Shown one piece after another: positions 21,987-35,149 of a stretch of 64,000 nucleotides of DNA. The notes beneath the pieces were generated by a model. It ran no database searches and was not told the origin of the DNA. It saw only the letters and a program-made list of their open reading frames with translations. Each line of letters begins with the position of its first letter. The stretch's first letter is position 1. Made by a program: the position numbers and the translations under genes. This DNA comes from Haplodiscus bocki (lineage: Eukaryota): NCBI GenBank assembly GCA_965655095.1, contig OZ296652.1, positions 71,362,001-71,426,000 on the forward strand, in the 5' to 3' direction.

Positions 21987-24900
21987 TGTAGCACGAAATA
22001 CAATCATTTGCACTTTTCGTCATTTTGGCCTACCATGAAAGTTCGGTTGCATCAAGAAAATTCATTTTGAAGACAATTCTACAGAAAAAAATTGTACTTT
22101 AATAACTTGATGGAAGAGGTTATTCCTCTATTTATGAAAAGATATACTTTGGAATATCGGGAAACTTCAAAAATGGTATCAGTTTTCAACTTTTTTTGGA
22201 CCATTAGCCTTATGACGCAAAATTTAAAATCTATACTTTTCCTACAGAAAAGTATCCATCAAGTATAGTGCGGTCGACTGAGTTTTTGATGGATAAACTG
22301 AAGCCAGTAGTTTTGGAGAATTATGAGTTTTGGAACCGAGCTCTCTGAATATTAAATTGATTTTTGGAACTTTGGGCTTTCAGGATTCGGAAGCAAAGAA
22401 TTTTTTTGGAAAAGTCTCCTACCAATTAAAAGCTGTTAATTGAGATCAAAATTCGTTTTTGAGTTTTGTTTAACTTTTCTAAGAATGATTTTAATTTTTT
22501 TTCGGCATTTTTGAAGAATCTGGTTTTGTTAAAACTGTTCAACTTGTCCAGACGAATAATTAAAGCATTTTTGTGGAAATTTTGGAAATTTTCAATTTTG
22601 TTTGGACTTTGAGGGAAAAATTTTCGGAAGGGTTGTCAAAACTGCATTGTATGTGCTCGGGAGGACATTTCGAGCGGATATATATTTTTTGAAAACTACG
22701 CCGATGACACAGCCAGAATTGGTAAATCTCGGAGAAAAAAGTCAACATACTGAGAGAATGTTTTTTCTTTCGAAATATATTACGACGAAAAATAATAAAT
22801 ATGTCTTTGTTTAGATTGTAGCTTTGAAATAGAGGAGTGTCAGTCTTGCAAAGCTTCCACGCAGACAAATTCTTTTCATTTTCAGGCGGAGTTTTATGAT
22901 CGAAATTCCCTCTGAGACCACGAAAATTAATTGTTTAAGCAATGAAGAGACAGAATATTCGATAGAAATTTTGAACAGAGATGCAGCTGTTCGTCCACTC
23001 AACAACAGAAAGCTGAGAAATCTGAAAAAGCAGAATGAATGAATTCTGAAGTCAAATATGAGTTCCACGTCAAATCAGGATTTGACTTAAGAAAGCTACC
23101 CTTGTCTCGCTCTTCCAATGTTCTTTGGCACCTATTTGGAACCTTCCTTTGTCTCAATCACGGATCTACTTTCGAGTCCCAGAAAGAAAAAAAATCCCTC
23201 ATTTAATGAAAATAAAACGACCCCCTCAGATTATAATCATTTCAATTTCATGCAAATGACGCAAAATTTTTCTTTCCAATCCTTCAAAAAGAAGCCTTGG
23301 CAATTTCTAAAAAAACGGTCGGCAAAACATTTCCCTCGGCAAAATTCCAGCTCTATGCGAGATTTTTTTACATCAACCAACTTTTGATAGGGCTTTCATT
23401 TTGATGTTTGATGGATATCGTAATCAATACAAAAAAGTCATTGCGGGTTCTGAAGATAACAAAAAGAGTCATTGCCGAGCTCGCTTTAAGATAAGAAGGT
23501 CAACGTCCTAAAACTAGAAATTGAATGAAATTATTCGTCTCCGGAAGCTTTTCAAAATCATCTAAAATGAAGTAACGCTTTTAGGTATCCACAAGTAAAG
23601 TATTTTGAAGTAATTTCAGGAAGATCACAATTTAACCGAGTTTTTAATGACTGTAGAGCGACCGACCTACTTACTTCAAAGATTTCAGTTTAGTTGGAAG
23701 AAGGTCACTAATCTGCAACTAAAATTAGGTAGAATCAATCCGAAGTTCCAATTGAAAAACAGACGAAAAGGTTGATGCATCATTCTGAACAGAAGAACTT
23801 ACACCGCCCATATTTTCCCAGGAACAATATTCAACATTAATTTCAACATTAATGAATACAATTGTTCAAGAAAAACATCAGTTGAACAATTATTGTAAGT
23901 TCTTTAAAATATATATTCCTAGAATGTTCTTCCAAAAAAACTCAACTCGAAGATATCGAACCGTTTTTAATGAGAGTAGGACATGAAAAAGAGAATAATA
24001 ATTATCTATACATTAATACTTTTAAAGATTCTGTTATGTTTGAATTATTGTATCAACGAGACGTCCGCTATGACCGGCATATTTTCCACCCTCTCTTTGT
24101 TACAAATACGTTTTAGAAGAAAAAAACGTTTTTTATTGAAAAAAATTTGATATGCATTCTCCTCAGCAATTCTTTTACTTTTTCCCAGTTTAAGCTTTTT
24201 TCCATAAAAAAACCAAATTTTTGCGAGGGCAAAAGGCATTTTTCAGAAATATTACCATCTTATACACATTCTACATCAAATTTGCCACCTTTTCCCAATT
24301 TTTTTTAAGAGAATCAATTTTTTCAATTAAAGAGAACGACTTTTTTTTCAAAAAATCCTAATCTGTTACGTATTTGAGAAATGTTACTATTTCTTTCGCT
24401 TTCTACGGCAATTTTCCTAGAATTTGGTGATTAAAAAGTTCAAGCTTAAGATGTTGCAAAGGTGCAATTGGCAAGAAGTATTCGTAAAAGAAACGCGCGC
24501 GGCGAGAGGACGATCTACTTACCGTATTTATATGCGTGGAAAATAAGAAACCTTCAGATCTTTCAGTCCGAATGTTATAAAACGAATGATTTTCCAGTAA
24601 CAACGGTATCGCTGCAAAAGGGTTCAGCGCGAAGTTGTTTTCTTTTGAAAATTTTTCTTTTCCTTTTTTAAACCAAATCATTTTGTTTTGCACACTATTG
24701 AAGCGATGCAACACCGAATGGATTCTAAATTCTCGGCGTTCTTTTTCAGAAAGCCAGGAATGTTAAGCGCTGGATTGGGATGAAGACTGAAATTACTCTT
24801 GAACGTTGTTCATATGAGGCTAAATAATTCCAAAACAACTCTTTGCGATACTTCCTGTCGTTTATGTTTACTTCAACTTTTTTTAACCGGGTAAAATCAA

Positions 24901-27099
24901 CACGACGTTGCTGCGAATAAAATGAAATATATTATCTCGAAAAGTGTATGAGTTCTATAAATACCCGCAGAACATACAAATTCACATGAAGACAGACTGA
25001 TGGGAAATTCAGACAAAAGTTATCAGTAAGATTTTCTAAATTTAAATTTTAATAACTCTTGGCTCAATGTGGCCTGATTCGGTGGCTGTGATAGACGACA
25101 TTCTATGAAGTAAACAATCTGAAAATAATTGCTATAACCGCAAGGTTCAAATTTCATAGTGTTGAAGACGAAGAATTTGTCAGTTCGTTGATTCTAAAGA
25201 TATAAAATTGTAATTGCGTCAAAACATGGCCAGATTTCTCGGAGATCCTACTGGGTCCAGCTGGATTCCAAAAATGTCATATCCAGGGAATTTTTGCATA
25301 TTAAATGCCATTTTGCCAGCGATTACTAGCCACTGATGTTTTCTCTCTATTCAGCTAAAAAATGGTTAATGACTTACTAAGAAACTCCAGGTCGACCAAA
25401 TTGAGAACAACGGCTAAAACTACAGATTGACAAAACAACTGGAATGTTTTTCTTCCTGTTTTATAAGGAGAAATGATCTCATAATTTTTTTGCACTCTAA
25501 CTATCAACATTTGAAGTCAATGTAATGTGTACACTTGTAAAATTTTCTATTATTGACAGTGCTTGTGTATGAACAACCCAAGCATAAAAACGATTACATG
25601 AAATTTTTCCATATTTTCAATTTTCAATTTTTTGACGTTCGAGACCTCACACTTTTTGCGAATAGATAGGTGACACGTTGTAAGAGTGCATGAATCAATG
25701 CGTATGAAATTGTATAGCGTCACAAGTTTGGATTTGATGAAACGGTTATTTCTGAAATACTGATCATTTATTTTCACATGGTGCCGAAGGGAAGAAAAAA
25801 TGTTTTCGTTGACGCTTTTTGTTCATGACGCGAAAAGGCTTTGTAGGCTTTTCACTCCGCAAAATTCTACGAAGAGGTGTTAAAAAAACACAAAAATCAA
25901 GCAACAGTTGGAAAACAACTTATGTTTTAGTATCGCAATTGTTAGATTTAACTTTGTGATTTATCAAGATTTGGTGAAATATGAAACTCACATCAATGTT
26001 AGAGATTGTTAAAGGCCAATAATGATACAAGACTGAAATCTCAAAGAAAATCAGCGCTGTTCAGCTTTGAATGAATTATCATCAGCGGAGGCCAGCGCTA
26101 ATTCAAGACTGTCCGAAAATTATCCGAAAATCACAGATCCGAAAACCAACAATTTGCAAAAAATCAGCGCTACTTGGGTCGAATTTCACTCCGAAATTTT
26201 TCTGCGATAATTTCTCTAACAGGAAAAAGTGGAAGTGGCCGTTATCGTGTAGCAAATTAGGTGAAGATAACAGCGTTTCATGGCAAAATTTAACAGAACT
26301 GCATACGTTGCATTTAATTTTACTCAAAAAGTTTCTCTCTGATGGTCAAAACCTTACCGGGTTGAACACCGGTAGCAAATCCTTTTTCCAGAAGTTGAAA
26401 ATTGGAAGCAAAATTGAACTTTGAAAATCCTTCAGATTCAATCATCGATTACACACCTGAAGATCACAGTTTCTCAACCAACATCCACATTTTATTAGCG
26501 CAGCGGCAACAATTATCTAGCAAATGTAAGATATCACATTCACGAAGCTGCATTCATTGGATTGACAATCAAGCATCCTTGCGAGGGTTTCAAAGTTGCT
26601 TATAACGTCCTGTACCCGAGAGGGAAGTAGATAACCGTCACAGCTTATCAAACGTAAGCAGGGTGCGCATAGTAGCAAAACTGAAAGATCATAAGGTGTC
26701 TTTCTATCTTTATTTATGCTAACTATTTCCCCACGTTGCTGCCACCCAGTCGACTGCCGGCCTATCTTTACAGTTTCGATAGTAATCTCATTGCAATATA
26801 TTCGGGAGTTGTTCCATTAAGTAGGCTCTTGTGTCGATATATTGCTCGGATCAAAGACGCGGCTTTTTTTTAGCTTAGAGTCTTGTTGACACGGGATGCT
26901 TTGTTGTTGCGACGTAGTCTTGTCGTCAATGAGTTCTCTCTCCAGCTCACATGTTGTTGGAACGGGAGCTTCCACCAAACTGGTCTGGTAGCTTTGTTGG
27001 CACAGTTGTTGGCCTGAAGTAGTATGGCTTGTAGATAAACGAGGTTTCACATTTGCGTTTATATGGTTTTTGTTTAGCAATTGTGTGATCAATTTGACG

Positions 27100-28200
27100 T
27101 TCTCTTTTCAATTGACTGAATTGGGGTTTCTGATGGCCCGGATGGCCGGACTAATAGCACTGTTTTGGCTTCAGTTTTAGTGAATTTGGAGGCTGTTCTT
27201 TGGTCTTTACTTGGTTCGTAATTGCTATTACTGGTTCGTCAGGCGCCTAGAGGCTATTCAGTTTAATTATTCTTTTCAAGCATTGGACGATGTCCTATTA
27301 TGATTCAAATTTGAGGAAGGCACTGTTTTTTGTCTTTTCGAGATGGGGAAGCAACTTAGCTTAGCTCGGAATGTTTCTTTGCTAGTCTTTGTAGGTCGTC
27401 AAGAAAGTTGGTCAACTCTTGTTGTAATGTGTCGAACGTAAATTTATGCCTCACTGTTGCTCGTGATTAGGGCGGCTTGACGTATTATATACAGAAATCA
27501 GCATTTATATGTTGTTCACTCCTGTTCGGGCCTCAGAAGAATTCTTCTTCAACGTTTGTAGCCATATGATGAGGGAGTGAAAATGAGTCAAAGTTAGCTT
27601 TTTCTGAAAGATCATTATAACTCTTCATGGAAGTTTGGAACGATTCTTCGAATTAACCAATTTTTTTTTCACTTTCCTTCCAATGTCGGCTTTGCTGTGG
27701 ATATTGTTTTGGACTTCAACTGTATAGTTTCTGAATGAGATGCTGCCATAGCCTGTAATGCTTGAAGGAATCGTTGAATGACCTGATGACAGTCGTTTGA
27801 AAAACCTGGGTCAAAGCTGACTTGTTTAGCGTTTTCGTCAGTCAATTCTACTCATCATGTATTGGAAAACCAGCCAGCATGTTGCAACCTTGCACCAGAT
27901 CAGTGACGATGCTAGATTCCTTAAGATTTTTATTTCAGATAATTTTCCATTCGATGTAGGAAGAACAGTAGTATTTTGGTTTTCATACCAATGTTCAAGA
28001 TAAAAACTACCGGATTGCGTTAACGCAGTCTTCTTGAAATTAATGTTTGACTTCTTAGCAGTTAAATTGGTCCATGTTGACGATAATTTTGAGTTGAAGA
28101 AGTGACAATGTCTTTTGCTTTACGATAAAGTTAGATTCAAATTCTGTTTAAAATTTGGCGCTTTTCTTCATCAGTTATGTTGTTCCTTTGAGTGTTGGAA
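27100..28200 (-). mobile_element. Highly decayed gypsy integrase fragment
   Basis: Minus-strand LQTLKK...LYIIRQAALITSNSEA*IYVRHITTRVDQL resembles the integrase C-terminal core (QTLK...L..YR.TP..TT..SP.E...GR...T.LD.L). Confidence 0.3.
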
Positions 28201-29814
28201 ATACTTGTTGACGTACGCTTTGACGTAATTGAATATTGAAAATCTCTTTATTTTTCTATTTAATTGGGCTGCTTGCAGACATTGTTGAAAGATCCTTAGT
28301 GGGAAAGTTGAATATTCTATCTTAAACATTGACACAATTATATAAGTTGCAGAATTTCCAGAACTTAGTCATAAAAACGAGGGACGCAAAAAATTTGAAA
28401 AAAAATTTGTCCAGATAACGGGAATGAAGTTTTTTAAACTAGGATTTTACTATGATCAAAGCGATATATCCCGACACTTGAACACAACGTCGACATGAAG
28501 TTTGCCGGGGAGTTTCACAGTGACTTTGTAGGATCTAGTCTTGAGGTCATGTGGCCTTCCTTTGGTTTTTCGACGTTTTTTAGAGACCGGATGTCAAAAA
28601 AATATATAAAACTCTTCAGAATTTTTTTTTCAGATTTGTTGCATTCTTAAGCGTGCGTCATCTCAACTCGGCAATGGACGGTTTTCGTTCTCGGTTAAGT
28701 ACACAAAAAGATTTAATGTTAGACTTTGTGGGTTTCCTAGACGAACCAAAACTGTTTCCTAACTTCTTCATTTCGAAAAACCAGAACAAATTGATTCTTA
28801 CTAAATTCAAATCTGTATATTTTGATCCTGAGCATTCAAGCAACTGGAAATTTGCTTGAAGGTTGGAAAATGGTTCTATTTGAACAAATATCTGCGATCT
28901 GTGGGGTTTTGTTTGTTCCTAGGCAGAAACTGATAGGAAAAGCATCTTTTTTTCAGGTTTTTTCCCCTAGCTTTACTGTTCTCAGAATTGTGTGTCATTT
29001 TATATCAGTCATCACTTAGCTGGATTTGTACTTCAACCTAATCAAGATACGTGATTAAAGTTTTTGTGCCGACTAATATTCAACGCAAGAGTTTTCCCAT
29101 TTTGTTTAGTTGGTAAAAAAGGAAAAAAGTTATTTTTGCGAGACTTAACACTTTTCAAACGATAGGCAGTTGAGCTTTCAATAACCTCACATTTGTTCGA
29201 ACTTTTCAAAACGTTTTTCTCAGAGCTTTGGCATTCCGCTTGTTCGCTCTCCGATAATCTTTAAAAAACTCTTTTCTCATTTTTGTTCAATTTTGCTGTC
29301 TTCAAAATTGTGCATCGTTTGAACTCAGTTGATATCGAGTTCGATTTGTATCTGAACACAGATGAAAGACATAACTGTCAGTGTAAAGGCGTATCGTAGA
29401 CGATGGGAAAACGTTTCCTCAGCCATAAACTTAGCAAAACGAGACAGCAATGGAATTTCAGCATTATTTATGAGAACGGTATATTTTTTCTCTCCATTAT
29501 CAAAGACGTAGAATTTCGCACGATCTTATGATCCAAACCAAAAGACGAAAATCAAATTTTTGTTGAGTTTAACAGAAAATCTCAGAAGTTTTTTTTTGTC
29601 TCCTCCGATGCATGATAAAATAAGTTTACTTGTACACAAATCTTGCGATTTTGGAGACGGCTTATTGTGACACCAGAGCATTCCATTGGCCTGAACCTTG
29701 TCGGAATTTTCCAGAAGTATTCGTTTGGAACAGATATTTGAAATTTTTGGCATTCCGAAAGTTTTTATCGGACTGTCAGCAAAAGCTTTTCCTCGGTTTT
29801 CCCCTGTCTTGCTA

Positions 29815-30564
29815 CCCTAGTTGAGAAAAAATGAAATTCTTGCAAGAGAATTCATTATTCTTGCGGAAATCTTACAATATCTTGTAAGAATTGTTTCATT
29901 CTTACAAGTTTTTTTCAAGATTCGTGCAAGAATTGCTTTGAGCTCTCACTGTTTTTTTTCGCCAAGATACTATTTTAAGTTTTATGTTCTCCTCTACAAA
30001 ATTGTAGTAAGTACCTCGCAGTAGATTCAGAACCCAGAGTTTGGCTTCGGTTCAGAAAACGACAAGAACGATCTTATCCAAATGGACGAGATCAAGTAAC
30101 TGTGGACAATCATTGTTTCCTTTTGTATTTCTATTCAGACAAACTAAGCCATTACAAAACATGATTTCAGAAAATTCCTAATTCTTGATTCTTTTAAACA
30201 TGTTCGGTTACAAAATACGTTTAACAGGTGTAAAGTTCATCAAAATTTACCTCTAATGGTTGATTATCCTGATTTTTTGGTGAAATGCATAAATTATCAG
30301 AACGTAATGTGCATACTAAAAAATTTTCTTGCAAGACCTTGCAAGATTCTTGCAAGTTAGGAAAATCTTGCAAGAATCTTTCAAGAATGCCATTGCATCC
30401 AAGAATCTTGTAAGAATGCCATTGCGTCCAAGAATCTTGCAAAAATTCCATTACTTCCAAGAATCTTACAAGAATTGAATTTTATGTAAGAATCTTGCAA
30501 GATTTTCTTAAATTGCAAGAAACTTGCAAGATCTTGCAAGAAATAAATTTTCTGTCAACTAGGG
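29815..30564. mobile_element. MITE, 750 bp, ~33-bp imperfect TIRs, TA TSD
   Basis: TA|CCCTAGTTGA.A.AAAAT..A.TTCTTGCAAGA ... TCTTGCAAGAAATAAATTTTCTGTCAACTAGGG|TA; internal TCTTGCAAGA palindrome arrays. Confidence 0.85.
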
Positions 30565-32699
30565 TATCTTCATATTTCATATTAGCACGACAGTCAACGA
30601 ACTGAATTCTCGTCTGAGCACAACAGGTAGACCCAAATATGATTTTTCATAGGCGTCTTTGATAATTGCAATAGACAATTGAAGAGGGTTTCCTCACTCA
30701 TATACATAGAAAAATGAGACAAAAAGAGACTGTGACCAAAAAAGGTTTTCTTTTCAAAACAGGATATTGTTCTACTGAGTGTATGGTCCAACTTAAATTT
30801 TTCTTGAGTTTTTCAAAACAAGGCTTTCAGAACACATCTGTCGTTTCCTTGGCATTGCACTAGTTTCTGCTGCAAGTTTTGAAAACTGCTTGACTTTATT
30901 TTATGGTCTGTAAAAGATTATTAGATATAAAAGTCTTCCGGTAGCGGTATGTATGAGTCGCTACATGTATAATATATTCAGTTCTGATGAGCTCGGAAGC
31001 TTCGTTTATCAGCGGTGATATCAACCTTGTTCTCTGCTGGAGTACCGAATAGTGCTGAAAGTTATCTCTTTCCTAACCTCTGTCAAACGTGGAGGTTATC
31101 ACAAACATTTACTACGGAATCTTTAAAATAATTCTGATTTCCGGATAATCTTGATTATTAAAAGTAAACCAAACACAAATACAATTGAATGCACGGTACA
31201 TAGCTCACAGTAAAAGCTCAATACACCCTATAATAATTTTCAAGTGGAAAAAAAACGAGGCAGTGTGATGTTTTGAATCAATGGGTTAGCAAAAATGCTT
31301 GATAGAAAACTCAACAAATGTGTTTGAGTAGCAGACCTTTTATTTTGGCCGTGAGGTCATTGTGAAACCCATAAATACCGTACAACCTTTTCGAAACATC
31401 AATCAAAATTCCCAATTAAAGTTGCAGATGTGACGCTCCATTTCTTTCAAAGCCTTCTACAAAGGAGGTGACGTCGATTGAGACGATGATGGGAGAATCC
31501 AGTCGGTGGTATTCAAAAATTGATATTGAACATCAAGAACATTCGTTTTTATTGGCAATTTTTGGCATTTTTGGCCCACTAGATTTCCGGTGCAAACAAC
31601 GAAACAGGAGATATTTTATTTTGAAATTCTTCAAAAAAATTGAAAAAGTCATTCAAGACCTTGATGGAGGAAATCCAGTCGATAATTTTCCAGAAAATTA
31701 TGTAGAAGAAGAATATTTGCTACTTTCACAATTTAGCATTTTCATATTGTCAGGTTTCTAATACGAGACACAAAACGGGAGATATTTTTGACGAGAAATT
31801 GGAAAATGTTGGTGAAGACCTTAATCCAGGCAGTGTAGGCAGTAATTTACAAAAAAATGAATCTTAATATCCAGAATAAAACAACCCAATGTTATCCATG
31901 GCATTCATGGACTACAAGGAATACACAGAAAAGTTTTTTGAAACAAATCTTTTGAAATACTTTGTCGGTAATATGAGGCCTTGAGAAATCCTATATAGTT
32001 ATGCTTGGAAAAGTTTGCAAGAAAAACAATTCAAATATTTGAAGAGGATCAACTTTTCCAATTTCACTTCAAAAAACTGAATAGGGCAGGAGTTCATTAC
32101 GTCACGCGGTAAATTGTTGTTTTTTTTTACCAGAAATTATACCTTAAGGTGTCAGAAAACTCCCGGAATTATCAAAAAACCCATTTTACATTTTATGGGA
32201 CCATAGTATCCAACAACGTGAAAAAAATTCTGAAAGTATGAAAATTATTGGCTTGTACAGAATGTCTGCCCCATTACCACTGGGCTACCTAAACGAGAGG
32301 AGACCGCACAATTGTTTTATACCAGGCAACGCAAAATTTGGAAGCCATGGGCAAAATTTGGAAAACAACAAAGTTTAAAACCCTGAAGTGAAAGATTTCA
32401 CTCGAAAATCAAAAAACGGCAAAATGAAATTACAGCGTAAATTTGATGTGTAATCAAGCGCATGAAACTGATGTTTTCCTTATTTGGAATGGGCGACATT
32501 ACGCACAGAGGAAAAAACTTCTCACGCCAATTTGCTTTTGGAGCTCAAAACGTTTGAAAAATATTTTACCAAGTTTTACACATAGAGAGAGTAGGCGTTG
32601 CAAAAACGATTTTCATGTTTTCTGTTAAAAACGTCGCAGATCAGGAGAGTAATATATATTTTACAGCACATGTAACTGTTATCCAACTAAATCTACAAG

Positions 32700-34600
32700 C
32701 GTACAGCTACAATTTTGAATCTTTCTTCCGGGTATCAATTTCGGTTAAGCAACACCGTATAAATGGAATCCATCTCTTCAGTTACGTAATGCAGTACTGT
32801 ATAAGAGGTTCCTTCTTCTCCAATATGTCGGTACAAAAAAACCCTCGTCGTCATCGACCTTCAACATCTCCGGCTTGGGTGCTTCCTTTCTCGTCGGTTA
32901 TCTGATAAGTTAAAATTTTAACAACTTTAATTTCTTTTGTGCTCCGTTTCAACGGATAGCGTTGCATCCCAATCTACATTGGGGTATTACTTTATTACTC
33001 TAAGTGGAGCTTCTGGGTTCCATATTTGAAATTTCAATAACGTTTCTTGCTTTTTGGTACAGGTGAAGTTTCAGTTTTCATCTCACCGTTTACGTTTGCT
33101 AGATTAATTTTGTCTCCGCTGTTCGTTAGGATCCATGGCCATTGTTGGTACAGGTTTGGCACTTTTCGGTTGTGTTTTATCAAATGGGTATGAAATTAGG
33201 TAAATTTTGAATATTGAAACTACCGGTAAAGCGTTGCACGGCGGTTTTTTGGAAATGGAAAAGACGGTGCAGTCATTTTCTTAAACGTGACAAGCCTTGA
33301 TGCTTTGCCTAAAAGTGAATCTTTTTCCGTATTTAAAAAGTCTGAAAATCTTTTGATCTCTTACAAACTCTAATAACTCCAACTCTCCAATTCATCATCT
33401 CTCAACGGTTTCCTTCAAAAGTTTGATTCCGAATGCAATCGTTTTCTTCAATCTGTCAGTTTGTTTCTACAAGAATGCTGCTCCGAGACCGGTATTGCTT
33501 GCATCGCTTCTTTCAGTGTCTTCTATTTCCTTTGCAAAGGGTGCTAGACAGGGGATATCGGAGATCTTTTTTTGTTACTCTTCAAATCTTTTCCATTTTT
33601 TCGCTACAGATCGATTTATTCTCTTTTTTTAGTAGTTGAATCGGTGTGTCTGTTTTTTGATATTTTGGTTCAAATTCTGCTTTATTGTTTTGCTCGAAGG
33701 ATTGATTTTATTTGTTCTACCCTGGCTGGGGATTTTTTCAATCAAAAATGGCTCTTGTTTGTTCTTTGTTTGAAGTTTTTCATTTATCGGCACCTTCTTT
33801 TCCAATCATTTATGTTTAATTGAAATAAAATTTGGATTCTTTCTACTTGTTCAGTGTCCAAATTTGATGGATTTTTCGGAATGTTGTTGACAAATCAGCT
33901 GCAACGTGAAAACCTTCTATTTATCTCTATTATCCATCTTTGTTACTTCCAGTAATAGCGAATTTGTCTTGTTTGCTTGTTTTTTCGGATACTTTCAATT
34001 GTTTTTTATATTTCATAAAGGTTTTTGATATCTATTAAGGTTTCTCGACGTTTTCTGTCATTCCGTTGATATTTGGTTGAGTAGTTCTTCTATGTTTGGC
34101 ATATGTGGCCCAGTTTTGATGCAGCTGTCGCTAAAATTTATCAAGTCTTTTGCGATCTTTACTGACTAATCTTTTGTCTTAAAAATCAAAACAGGAGAGA
34201 TAAACAAACTTTTTGCATATTTTGAACCTCCTCAAGGTGTCCGGTTTGAAGTAGATTTTGGAAACTACCGTAGGGCTTCCTCTCACTCCGTGACTCCGGG
34301 TTCATTTTGTTAATTTCAACTTCCGTGATCTTTTGACTCCTTTATTGGTTGGATATCTTCTATTTGTTCTGCTATTAATCTTGCAGGATAGTTTCCTGTT
34401 TGTTTTCTACAACTGTTGATCCGGTTCTTCTGACAAAGTTGAGTGCATTTTCTTTTAGGTCTTTGTATTCATCTGATTGTCTCTCCAGTAATTACTTGCC
34501 GTCGATTATTGTTTTAAAAAAGAAGCTGTTTTTTCAGTAATCGAATTTCTTATCAGTGTCCTGATTTTGCTCAGAACGTGATGACTTCGTGTTGAAGAGC
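32700..34600 (-). mobile_element. Decayed LTR-retrotransposon fragment
   Basis: CQTCTNNGH (CX2CX4H knuckle-like) at 33161-33135; purine-rich coding-like minus strand. Confidence 0.3.
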
Positions 34601-35149
34601 AGCATAGTCTAGGGTATATATACTACATGAGGTCAATGTATCAGCGCGAATAGGAAGCCAAAAGTATTTGGCTGAAATCTCTTTATCGGTCAGTTCCTTA
34701 CACATGTTCTCAGTTGATCGTTAACACACTCTTGTTTCAAAATAGCAAGATAACCTGTTTTTCTTTTACTAAGGTACAGAGTTGTTTGACAAATGGGAAG
34801 TTTTTCTGGAAAATTGTCCGTTTCAAAACGCAACTGGAACAAATCGTTTTTTTGATTGTCTTTTAAAACCTAAGTTTTTCTTCAACTTTTCTGAAACCCT
34901 GAAAAAAGTTTGCGAAACACGCTAAAAGGTTCAAGTAAAAATGTAACTAATCGATTTTTTCTGCAACTTTTAAGCAACACATTTCTTTGCGCTATTACTT
35001 TTTTGGGCCAGAAAATACAGGGTTCAGTGAAAAACTTGTGGGAACATATGCTCCGTTCTCCTCAAAGTGATAATGTGAGGGAATGCACAAAAGCACAAAA
35101 AGTACTGATTTCCGTCGAATTCGCAACTGTTTTTTCACCGGAATTACAG

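Noticed and set aside
21746-22003. 85-aa ORF with IYIYIY run
   Set aside because: Translation artefact of the (TA)n microsatellite.
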